Shown here in pieces: positions 27,284 to 35,422 of a stretch of DNA of 64,000 nucleotides; position 1 is the first letter of the stretch; every line of letters begins with the position of its first letter. The notes beneath the pieces were generated by a model that saw only the letters and a program-made list of their open reading frames with translations, ran no database searches and was not told the DNA's origin. This stretch comes from an uncultured Pseudomonadota bacterium. Its GTDB lineage: Bacteria > Pseudomonadota > Alphaproteobacteria > Rs-D84. The DNA is taken from NCBI GenBank assembly GCA_937885575.1, contig CALABO010000008.1, forward strand, positions 6,294-70,293, written 5' to 3'. A program made the position numbers and the translations under genes.

Positions 27284-27470
27284 AAAACCACCGAATTACT
27301 TCAAGTGGTTGGAGGTTAACGACAATTTTAGCGAAATTGTGCGCTTATTTTATCGGGAATCCCCGATATTATTCACGGCCCTCCAACCACTTTCGGTTGG
27401 AGTTTTCGTCGACCGAAATCGACATCGCTAAAAAGGGTCGTTACACCCCATCGACGGAACACCCATCGAC
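27284..27470 (-). promoter_or_regulatory. Family D conserved structured 5' leader, copy 1 (candidate cis-regulatory RNA)
   Basis: Three blocks are shared with 44652..44830 in the same orientation and position relative to a secreted-protein gene. It has hairpins H1-H3 with alternative pairings. Confidence 0.45.
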
Positions 27471-27515
27471 AATTTTACTTTAATAAATTATAAAACCGAA
27501 AAGCAAGAAGAAATT

Positions 27516-27544
27516 GTTAGTGGTAAGTGTTAGTGGCTAGTGAG
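27516..27544 (+). repeat. Family B heptamer tract B2
   Basis: GTTAGTGGTAAGTGTTAGTGGCTAGTGAG. Confidence 0.85.
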
Positions 27545-27560
27545 AAATTCCAGAGTGCAA

Positions 27561-27611
27561 AGTTCCCATCCTGTGGAGGGGTGGCCGCGAACGCGGACGG
27601 GGTGGTCTTTC
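27561..27611 (+). repeat. Family A half-element A5a (right-half type)
   Basis: AGTTCCCATCCTGTGGAGGGGTGGCCGCGAACGCGGACGGGGTGGTCTTTC. Confidence 0.8.
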
Positions 27612-27637
27612 ATAAATATAAAATTTCCGGAAAACGC

Positions 27638-27684
27638 GAAAGACCACCTCCCCCTTCGGGTACTCCTCCGCAGGAGGAGAACTT
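27638..27684 (+). repeat. Family A half-element A5b (left-half type)
   Basis: GAAAGACCACCTCCCCCTTCGGGTACTCCTCCGCAGGAGGAGAACTT. Its terminus is the inverted repeat of the A5a terminus. Confidence 0.8.
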
Positions 27685-27691
27685 AGTCCGC

Positions 27692-27716
27692 AAAAAACAC
27701 GGGTGCGAACGCGCCC
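27692..27716 (-). terminator. Intrinsic terminator downstream of mutL
   Basis: Minus-strand hairpin GGGCGCG-TT-CGCACCC (one mismatch) followed by GTGTTTTTTG. Confidence 0.55.
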
Positions 27717-27750
27717 ACACTAACACTAACCACTTACACTACCTACTAAC
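27716..27750 (-). repeat. Family B heptamer tract B3
   Basis: The plus strand reads CACACTAACACTAACCACTTACACTACCTACTAAC. The tract contains the mutL TAG stop (27746..27748). Confidence 0.85.
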
Positions 27751-29503
27751 TCCTCTCAAACCATCCGTCAATTTGTGTAATCGGGATAAACTTATAAACC
27801 GGGCGGCCATGATTGCATTCCGCGCCTCGTTCTGTTTTTTCAATATCACGCAACAACGCGTTCATTTGTTCCATATTCAACTTTTGCCCCGCACGCACCG
27901 AATGATGACACGCATAGTTCGCAAGTTTAAGATGCAATTTTTCTTTTATCTGACTTGAATGTCCGTATGCGCGAACCTCGTCCGCAATCGCGTGCAATGC
28001 GGCGACCCAGTCCATATCCCAATCTGCGGGCTTTTCAAAAATCGCAATTGCATCATCACCAAACGAATCGATGGCAAGTCCGCTTTCGCGCAAATCATCC
28101 GCAATCGACAACACCGCAACAACATCTTCGGCGCGCAGCCGCACCACAATCGGTGTCAGCAATGGTTGCGATTTTATCGCATGCGCGCGCAATTTTTCAT
28201 ATGTAATCCGTTCATGCGCCGCGTGTTGGTCCACGACAACCAAACTGTCCGCCGTCGCGGCAAGAATATATTTATTCGCAATTTGCCCAATCACGCGCCC
28301 AAGTGGCATATTATCAAAAATATCATCAACATTTTCTTGCACCGGTGCGGTTTCCATTTTTTGTATCGCACCAAAATCAGACATTAAACTTTGTGCAAAC
28401 AGATTTTGTGTTTTATTCGGCGAATGCACCATTGGTGCCGATGACACAGGGCGCAAGTGCGGTGTTAAAATCGGTGCATTATTAAATGAAATCTTTTCCG
28501 CAAAATTTTGCGCAGGCACCGCGGGCGCATCCACCATATTTTGGGCCAACACATCGCGCAACGCCTTGATAATAAACGCGCGCACATGCGACGGTTCCAA
28601 AAAGTGCACATCGTTTTTCGTTGGTGACACATTGACATCTACATTCGCCGGCGGCAAAGTCAAATATAACGCGCACAACGGAAATTCCCGTGCATGCATA
28701 ACGTCCATATACGCGGCACGCAGCGCACCAACCAAAACTTTATCTTTGACCGGCCGACCATTTACAAACAAAAATTGATCCACCGATGACGCCCGCCGCA
28801 GTGTCGGTTCGGAAATATAACCAGATAACTTCATCGCACCCGACGAAGATTCCGCGGAAACCGCGCGCATACGCCCGCGCACATCATCACCCATCACCGC
28901 CACGATTCGGTCAATCAGCGGTTGCCCCTTTGGAAAACGCCATTTGTTATTCAGCACAAACCCAACATCCGTTCGCGCCATACTAAGGCGTTTTATTACG
29001 TCCAAAATCGCCATAGTTTCAACACGGTCGCTGCGCAAAAATTTCAGTCGCGCCGGCGTTTTTGCAAACAAATTCTGCACACGAATACGCGTTCCGCTTT
29101 GCCAATCGGACGGTTTTATTTCACCACTATTACAATCCAAATGCCAACCATTTGCGTCCGCACCATTGCATGTATCAATCGACATATCGGACACAGATGC
29201 AATCGACGGCAATGCTTCGCCACGGAATCCCATAAAATTTATATTCATCAAATCATCATCGGGCAACTTTGATGTCGCATGCCGCATAGTGCAATTTTTC
29301 AAATCGTCCGCGGACATCCCGCATCCATCATCGACAACATTTATCAATGTTCGTCCGCCATCAACAACATCAACAATAATCTGATTTGCACCCGCGTCCA
29401 GCGCATTTTCAACCAATTCTTTGACAACACTTGCGCCATTTTCAACAACTTCGCCGGCGGCGATTTGATTGACCAAATAATCGGGCAAAAGCCGTATGGA
29501 CAA
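27746..29503 (-). CDS. mutL: DNA mismatch repair protein MutL
   Basis: N-terminal GHKL ATPase motifs (QIAAGEVVENGASVVKELVENALDAG). TTG start at 29503 with a GGGGG RBS. Confidence 0.9.
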   Translation of the reverse strand: MSIRLLPDYLVNQIAAGEVVENGASVVKELVENALDAGANQIIVDVVDGGRTLINVVDDGCGMSADDLKNCTMRHATSKLPDDDLMNINFMGFRGEALPSIASVSDMSIDTCNGADANGWHLDCNSGEIKPSDWQSGTRIRVQNLFAKTPARLKFLRSDRVETMAILDVIKRLSMARTDVGFVLNNKWRFPKGQPLIDRIVAVMGDDVRGRMRAVSAESSSGAMKLSGYISEPTLRRASSVDQFLFVNGRPVKDKVLVGALRAAYMDVMHAREFPLCALYLTLPPANVDVNVSPTKNDVHFLEPSHVRAFIIKALRDVLAQNMVDAPAVPAQNFAEKISFNNAPILTPHLRPVSSAPMVHSPNKTQNLFAQSLMSDFGAIQKMETAPVQENVDDIFDNMPLGRVIGQIANKYILAATADSLVVVDQHAAHERITYEKLRAHAIKSQPLLTPIVVRLRAEDVVAVLSIADDLRESGLAIDSFGDDAIAIFEKPADWDMDWVAALHAIADEVRAYGHSSQIKEKLHLKLANYACHHSVRAGQKLNMEQMNALLRDIEKTERGAECNHGRPVYKFIPITQIDGWFERS

Positions 29504-29512
29504 TAACGCCCC

Positions 29513-29983
29513 CTATTCTTTGAATTTAACCTCTAAGATTTCATATTCACGTTCGCCGGACGGCAACCGCACAATGCAGGTATCACCAACGCACCGCCCA
29601 ATGAGAGCCCTTCCCACCGGCGAAGTGCATGATATAATCTGTTTCCCGTCCGATTCGATATCAGACAAAATTCGACATTGCATACGGTTTCCATCTTCGT
29701 CTTCACACACAACGCGCGCACCAAAGACAACGCGGTCACCCGACAAAGAATCAATATCAATAACCGCGGCGTTGTTTATAAAATCTTCCAAATATTGAAT
29801 CCGCTTGTCAATTTGTCGTTGTTTTTCGCGGGCGGCACTGTAATCCGCATTTTCCGACAAATCGCCCAATGACCGCGCCCACTGCACGGTTTTAAGGATT
29901 TCCGGACGCTGCACTTCCTTCAAATCTTTTAGTTCATTCAGAAGGTTTTCAAAACCCTGTTTTGATATTGGTTTTTTATCCAT
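29513..29983 (-). CDS. greA: Transcription elongation factor GreA
   Basis: 156 aa with a coiled-coil N-terminus carrying the acidic tip (GDLSENADY) and a C-terminal FKBP-like domain. Confidence 0.9.
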   Translation of the reverse strand: MDKKPISKQGFENLLNELKDLKEVQRPEILKTVQWARSLGDLSENADYSAAREKQRQIDKRIQYLEDFINNAAVIDIDSLSGDRVVFGARVVCEDEDGNRMQCRILSDIESDGKQIISCTSPVGRALIGRCVGDTCIVRLPSGEREYEILEVKFKE

Positions 29984-30086
29984 TTTGCACTTCCTATTTC
30001 TTTTGCCTGCCTATTATAAATATTCATTTTAATTTTGCAATCGGGAAATAAACAGGGTATACTTTCCGAACAGGTGACAAATAAAA

Positions 30087-31145
30087 ATGGCACACAGTCG
30101 TATTCTTTCAAGATTTTTATTCAAACGCTTTTTTATGGGCGTTGGTTTGGTGCTGTTGATTGTATGCGGAATTATATTCGCGGTCACCTTTGTCGAAAGG
30201 TTGCCCGGGTACCCGACGGCACTGCTTGCATTAAACGACGCATGGATACGACTTGTTGAATATGTGCCGATGTTTTTACCACTTGCGGTTTTTATGGGAA
30301 CATTGGTCGCATACTATAACCTTACGCGGTCCAGTGAAGGTGTCATAATTTCCGGCGCGGGACTGTCGCCGTATCAAATGGCGCGACCATTCTTGCTTGG
30401 TGCATTTATAATCGGCGTTTTCGCAACAACAATTATAAATCCATACGCGGTGAATCTGCGTTCAAAAAATATAAGTTCTGAATACCTTAAACTGGTTGAC
30501 GGGAAAATATGGGTGCGTGATTTTTCCGATGATGAATACACAACAATTACGGCGAAAAATGTAACCCAAGATAACAAAGATTTAATCTTTCACGATGCGA
30601 TAATTTTCGTCCAAGATTCTAATTTTAGGTTGAACACTCGTATTGATACCGCGCATGTGACACTTTCGGAAAACACGCTTGCAACCGATGCGGCAAACAT
30701 ATTTGACACAACCGGCCAATCGCACAGTGGCACGTGGACACGCGAAACAAAAATAACACCAAAAACCATACTTGACCGATACCTGCAACCGGATCAGATT
30801 TCTTTTTGGCAATTGCCAGAGTTTATTAAAAAAATGTCTGCAGTTGGGGTTCCAGTGCGCGGACATATCATACAATTTTGGACACTGTTGTTTTTACCAC
30901 TTAGTATGATTGCAATGGCGACATTGGGCGTGGCATTTTCACAAACACACCAACGCCGCAACCACAGTTTCGGAACAAAATTCGCAATCGGAATACTTAC
31001 GTGCTTTGTTTTATATTTTCTGTTGAATATATTTAGTGCACTTGGCGCAAACGGAACATTACCACCACTGCTTGCCATCATTGCACCACCACTAATTATC
31101 ATCGCCGCCGCGGGCGTATTCATCGCTGGATTTGATACAATATAA
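30087..31145 (+). CDS. lptG: LPS export ABC transporter permease, LptF/LptG (YjgP/YjgQ) family
   Basis: 352 aa with 6 TM helices and a central periplasmic beta-jellyroll region. The F versus G assignment is tentative. Confidence 0.65.
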   Translation: MAHSRILSRFLFKRFFMGVGLVLLIVCGIIFAVTFVERLPGYPTALLALNDAWIRLVEYVPMFLPLAVFMGTLVAYYNLTRSSEGVIISGAGLSPYQMARPFLLGAFIIGVFATTIINPYAVNLRSKNISSEYLKLVDGKIWVRDFSDDEYTTITAKNVTQDNKDLIFHDAIIFVQDSNFRLNTRIDTAHVTLSENTLATDAANIFDTTGQSHSGTWTRETKITPKTILDRYLQPDQISFWQLPEFIKKMSAVGVPVRGHIIQFWTLLFLPLSMIAMATLGVAFSQTHQRRNHSFGTKFAIGILTCFVLYFLLNIFSALGANGTLPPLLAIIAPPLIIIAAAGVFIAGFDTI

Positions 31146-31163
31146 AAAAAAGGGGAAAAGCAA

Positions 31164-31295
31164 ATGCCACTGCGTAAAAAAAGTTCAAACCCATGGAAAT
31201 TTATTTTACTGATTGTTATCATCACACTTGTCGTTTTGATGATAGTATATTTTCCACCAACCAATAATGTAACCGAAGTTGTATTATACGAATAA
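31164..31295 (+). CDS. Small membrane protein (43 aa; below ORF-track cutoff)
   Basis: Manual translation gives MPLRKKSSNPWKFILLIVIITLVVLMIVYFPPTNNVTEVVLYE. AGGGGAAAAG RBS. Its stop overlaps the xerD start (TAATG). Confidence 0.45.
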   Translation: MPLRKKSSNPWKFILLIVIITLVVLMIVYFPPTNNVTEVVLYE

Positions 31296-32167
31296 TGAAC
31301 TATATTGATGTTTTCTTAGAGGCACTGTCCGCCGAAAAAGGCCGCAGCAAAAATACATTGGTTTCATACGCCAATGATTTGCGCGCGGCGAATGCGGCTA
31401 TAAATGGGGGATTGGTAAATGCCACCGATGCGGATATACAAAAATACCTTGGCGAACTTAGCGCATGCCCGACATCCATCGCCCGCAAGGCGAGTGCCTT
31501 GCGCGGATTTTATAAATTCCTAATGTTGGAACATATCATCACAAAAAATCCCGCAACAAATATCGAACTGCCCAAACGGCCAAAGCCATTACCAAAATTA
31601 CTTTCCACCGATGAAATTGAATTACTTATATCTTCGGCGGGCGATGTCCGAAACGCGACCCGCCTGCGCGCGATGATAGAATTGATTTACGCATCGGGAC
31701 TGCGCGTGTCGGAACTTTGCGAATTGCCAATGACCGCGATACTTGGCGACCGGCTTTTGATACATGGCAAGGGTTCCAAGGAACGCATAGTCCCCATGCA
31801 TGCCGAGGCACAAACCGCACTAACCCGATGGCTGCGCATGCGCGATGCGGATGAATCAAAATACGTTTTTCCATCACGCGGCGCATCGGGCCACATAACG
31901 CGCGACGGTTTTTTTAAGTTATTAAAAAAGTGTGCCACGCTTGCTGGAATTTCGCCCGCGCGTGTTGGCCCGCACGTTTTGCGACATTCGTTTGCATCGC
32001 ACTTGCTGTCGCACGGTGCGAATTTGCGTGCAATTCAAACTATGCTTGGGCACGAAGACATATCGACAACACAAATTTATACGCATGTCTTGCCGGAAAA
32101 ATTACAGCAAGTTGTCACCGAACATCACCCATTATCGGACCAAAAAGGACACGCAACAAATGATTAA
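31295..32167 (+). CDS. xerD: Site-specific tyrosine recombinase XerD
   Basis: 290 aa with catalytic motifs RLRAMIELIYASGLRVSE, LRHSFASHLL and the nucleophile Tyr in TQIYTHV. Confidence 0.8.
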   Translation: MNYIDVFLEALSAEKGRSKNTLVSYANDLRAANAAINGGLVNATDADIQKYLGELSACPTSIARKASALRGFYKFLMLEHIITKNPATNIELPKRPKPLPKLLSTDEIELLISSAGDVRNATRLRAMIELIYASGLRVSELCELPMTAILGDRLLIHGKGSKERIVPMHAEAQTALTRWLRMRDADESKYVFPSRGASGHITRDGFFKLLKKCATLAGISPARVGPHVLRHSFASHLLSHGANLRAIQTMLGHEDISTTQIYTHVLPEKLQQVVTEHHPLSDQKGHATND

Positions 32168-32654
32168 AAAATGCGATTTTCCGGGCTGTACCCGGGCCGG
32201 GACTTGCCGTGCGCCAAAAACGCGCGACCTGAAAGAATATTGGTCTTTTTGCCGTGAACACGCCGCAGAATACAATAAAAATTGGAATTATTACGCAAAT
32301 ATGTCCGCCGATGAAATCGAAGAAGATTGGGAACGCCAAACATTTGGTGAACCAATCGGCAAACGGTCAAAGCAAGACACCGCCGATTACATAAAATTCC
32401 TTAATGACTTTTTAACCGGTCGCGCAAGTTTTGATAAAATGCCACCAAAGAAATCTCTGCCGTCGGCAATCGTTGCGGCGTTCAAAACACTTGAATTGCC
32501 AATTACTGCATCGTGGCGCGAAATCGGCGCAAAATACCGCGTGCTCGCCAAGAAATATCACCCGGACACGGCAAAAAGTTCGGATTCGTCGGGTACCGAA
32601 TTTGCAAAAATTTCCGCCGCATATCAAACACTAAAAAAACATTTCGGCAAATAA
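32160..32654 (+). CDS. J-domain protein with N-terminal Cys-rich motif
   Basis: C-terminal J domain with HPD (KYRVLAKKYHPDT). N-terminal CDFPGCTRAGTCRAP...FCREH. ATG 32160 overlaps the xerD end by 8 nt. Confidence 0.7.
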   Translation: MIKKCDFPGCTRAGTCRAPKTRDLKEYWSFCREHAAEYNKNWNYYANMSADEIEEDWERQTFGEPIGKRSKQDTADYIKFLNDFLTGRASFDKMPPKKSLPSAIVAAFKTLELPITASWREIGAKYRVLAKKYHPDTAKSSDSSGTEFAKISAAYQTLKKHFGK

Positions 32655-32750
32655 GAATTTTGCTCTAATTCATTTAATGCTGCATTCAACCGAATATCAT
32701 AAAAATATTGAAAAACAGTGTAACATGAAGTATATTAAAAGAAAGAGGTT

Positions 32751-32975
32751 ATGAAAATGAAATTTGTAGAAACTTATCGTTGTTATAATATCGGAGCAGA
32801 CAATGGCCTGTTTTATGGATTTGATTTTGGTAACGTTTTTCCCAAAACATTCAAAACAAACTCATTACAGAATGCCAGAAATATTGTTGATATGGCTGTA
32901 TATTTTGCCACAAAAGATCTTTTAGACGCAACATTCCAACATAAACTGGAAGAAGAACTTGGAATAAGAAATTAA
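32751..32975 (+). CDS. Hypothetical small protein
   Basis: 74-aa ORF with an AGAGG RBS, in an AT-rich intergenic island. No recognised family. Confidence 0.35.
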   Translation: MKMKFVETYRCYNIGADNGLFYGFDFGNVFPKTFKTNSLQNARNIVDMAVYFATKDLLDATFQHKLEEELGIRN

Positions 32976-33060
32976 TATTCGTTTTTCACTTAGGCTTAAT
33001 TTTTTATGGCACATCCAATGAATTTGTGCTATGTTATGACCCACAAAAAGGATTTTTTGC

Positions 33061-33963
33061 ATGTATGATGTTGTTATTTTGGGTTCTGGGCCGGCGGGAT
33101 TGACCGCGGCGCTGTATTGTGGACGCGCGAACAAAAACGCGCTTGTTATGGGTGGCGACACACTGGGCGGTCAAACCGCGGGAATCGCAACACTTGAAAA
33201 TTATCCGGGGTTCCGGGGAAGCGGTTTCGACCTTATTCAATTTATGAAGGCCCAGGCCGAATCTTTCGGTGCAAAGATTGAAATGAACACCATCGCACAT
33301 ATTGAAAACGGCGAAAACAATACCTTTACATTGACCGACACACATGGAAAAAAATACGACACGCGCGCCGTTATTTTGGCCACAGGTGCAAGCCCACGAA
33401 AACTTGAAATCGCGGGCGCACGCGAATTCTTTGGCCGCGGCGTTTCATATTGCGCAACATGTGATGGTTTTTTCTATGGCGGGAAAACGGTGCTTGTTAT
33501 CGGCGGTGGCAATGCGGCATTAAACGACGCACTGTATTTGGCGGACATCGCAAAAACGGTAAAAATCGTTTATCGCAAATCGGCTTTCACCCGGGCGGAG
33601 GCAATTATTCGCGAACGCGTTGCGGAAAAGTCAAACATCGAATGCATATTTAACACGGAATTAAAATCTATATCGGCGCGACCAAATTCCGAAAGTGGCG
33701 AACTGATTGCAACGACAATGAATGATGAACAAATAATTTGTGACGGAATTTTCGTTGCGATTGGCCACGAAGCAAACACCGATTATCTAAGCGAAGATAT
33801 AAAGCGCGATGACCTTGGCCGGATTGCACCGGACGCGTTACCACGCGGAATGTTTGTCGCCGGCGATGTTCATTCGAATATAAAAATGCAAATTGCAACT
33901 GCGGTCGGCACGGGATGCACCGCGGCGATGGACGCAATCGCATACCTTAACGCAAACGCATAA
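33061..33963 (+). CDS. trxB: Thioredoxin-disulfide reductase
   Basis: FAD motif ILGSGPAGLTAA, redox-active CATCDG and NADPH motif GGGNAA. Confidence 0.9.
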   Translation: MYDVVILGSGPAGLTAALYCGRANKNALVMGGDTLGGQTAGIATLENYPGFRGSGFDLIQFMKAQAESFGAKIEMNTIAHIENGENNTFTLTDTHGKKYDTRAVILATGASPRKLEIAGAREFFGRGVSYCATCDGFFYGGKTVLVIGGGNAALNDALYLADIAKTVKIVYRKSAFTRAEAIIRERVAEKSNIECIFNTELKSISARPNSESGELIATTMNDEQIICDGIFVAIGHEANTDYLSEDIKRDDLGRIAPDALPRGMFVAGDVHSNIKMQIATAVGTGCTAAMDAIAYLNANA

Positions 33964-33980
33964 GTAAAAAAGGATGAAAA

Positions 33981-35261
33981 ATGTTGGATATGAAATTTAT
34001 TCGTGAAAACCCAGAAATTGTGAAAAACGCATGCCGCGTGAAAAACTTTCCGGATGTTGTCGATGACATTTTATCATTGGATGTGCGCGTTCGCGAATTA
34101 AAGACAATCACACAAACAAAAACCGCCGAAAAAAATAAACTTTCGCGCGAAATTCCAACCGCCACGGACAAGGCACCACTTATCGCAAAATCCAAACAAA
34201 TTGGCGAAGAGATTGCAAACGATTTGGCGGAACTGGATGAAAAAGAAGCAAAGTTAAATGACCTTTTGCACCGCGTCCCACAAATCCCGTCGGCCGACGC
34301 ACCCGTTGGTGCGGACGATTCCGCAAACATAGAGGTTCGCCGTGTCGGTACACCGCGCACATTTGATTTTACCCCGCGGCCCCAGTGGGAATTACTTGAT
34401 ATGAATGGTTGGTGGATGCCGGAAAAAATCGCAGGTGTTTGTGGCACACGCACATATTGCCTGTGTGGTGAATTGGCGGAATTATCGTTGGCAATTCAAA
34501 CATACGTAATTCAAAAATTGATTAGTAAAGGTTTCAAATATATCGAATGCCCGCCCGTCACAAAGCCCCAGGCTGTATTTAATGCGGGCCATTTTATGGG
34601 TTCGGATTTATCAATCATGAATGACGATGTTTTCATGCTTTCGGGCACAGACCGTTGTTTGGCGGCGACCGCGGAAATAATTTTGAATTCATTGCATGCG
34701 GACGACATTTTAACCGAAAACGAATTGCCAATAAAGTATGCCGGATTTTCCACATGTTTCCGTAAAGAGGCCGGTGCCGCCGGTCGTGACACGCGCGGAC
34801 TGGTGCGGTTTCATCACTTTGACAAAGTCGAACAATATATTTTCTGTCGTCCCGAAGAAAGCGATGAAATGCATGAATTTTTGTTAAACAACCTGTGCGA
34901 AGTCGTTGGCGATTTGGAATTGCCGTATCGCGTAATCGCAAATTCCACCGGCGATATGGGATTTAACAAAGTAAAACAAAACGATGTAGAGGCATGGTTT
35001 CCATCCGAAAACGCGTATCGGGAATTGGGGTCTTGTTCATCAATTGGTCAGTTTCAGGCCCGCCGCACAAACACACGCTATCGCGAAAACGCAACCGGCG
35101 AAGTGAAATTTGTTGCGACACTCAACAACACTGGAATTGCCCTGCCCCGCGCATTGGTGCCGGTGATTGAAAACCACCAAAACGCCGATGGGTCTGTGAA
35201 CATTCCGAAAAAACTGCAACCATTAATGGGCGGAAGAACGAAAATCGGGGGTAAACACTAG
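33981..35261 (+). CDS. serS: Serine--tRNA ligase
   Basis: 426 aa with an N-terminal coiled-coil arm and a class II catalytic core. Confidence 0.9.
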   Translation: MLDMKFIRENPEIVKNACRVKNFPDVVDDILSLDVRVRELKTITQTKTAEKNKLSREIPTATDKAPLIAKSKQIGEEIANDLAELDEKEAKLNDLLHRVPQIPSADAPVGADDSANIEVRRVGTPRTFDFTPRPQWELLDMNGWWMPEKIAGVCGTRTYCLCGELAELSLAIQTYVIQKLISKGFKYIECPPVTKPQAVFNAGHFMGSDLSIMNDDVFMLSGTDRCLAATAEIILNSLHADDILTENELPIKYAGFSTCFRKEAGAAGRDTRGLVRFHHFDKVEQYIFCRPEESDEMHEFLLNNLCEVVGDLELPYRVIANSTGDMGFNKVKQNDVEAWFPSENAYRELGSCSSIGQFQARRTNTRYRENATGEVKFVATLNNTGIALPRALVPVIENHQNADGSVNIPKKLQPLMGGRTKIGGKH

Positions 35262-35310
35262 CGGACCTGTCTCGCTGTAGCGAAACGAAAGCGAATTTAG
35301 CGGGGTGACG
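35262..35310 (+). repeat. Family A fragment A7 (variant of the A1 3' arm)
   Basis: GACCTGTCTCGCTGTAGCGAAACGAAAGCGAATTTAGCGGGGTGACG resembles GGTCTCGCTGTAGCGATAGCGAAAGCGGACGGGGTGTCGC of A1. It starts right after the serS stop. Confidence 0.6.
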
Positions 35311-35316
35311 TTGTTT

Positions 35317-35360
35317 CTCACTAACCACTCACACTAGCCACTCACACTAGCCACTAACAC
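35317..35360 (-). repeat. Family B heptamer tract B4
   Basis: The plus strand reads CTCACTAACCACTCACACTAGCCACTCACACTAGCCACTAACAC. Confidence 0.85.
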
Positions 35361-35422
35361 TTTTTGTTGAAAATCCAAAAATATAGTGTATTCTATACCT
35401 TTAGGGCAAAAAAGGGCTAAAT

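Noticed and set aside
27259-27475. Family D as merely another mobile repeat, like families A-C
   Set aside because: This is not fully rejected. It was judged less likely because both copies occupy the same position and orientation in front of a secreted-protein gene, the conserved blocks are separated by unrelated spacers, and they carry mutually exclusive pairings. It is kept as a finding with this caveat.
27516-27750. Possible CRISPR array suggested by the repeated short units and hairpins
   Set aside because: The units are 7-nt degenerate tandem repeats with no unique spacers of regular length. No cas genes are present in the window.
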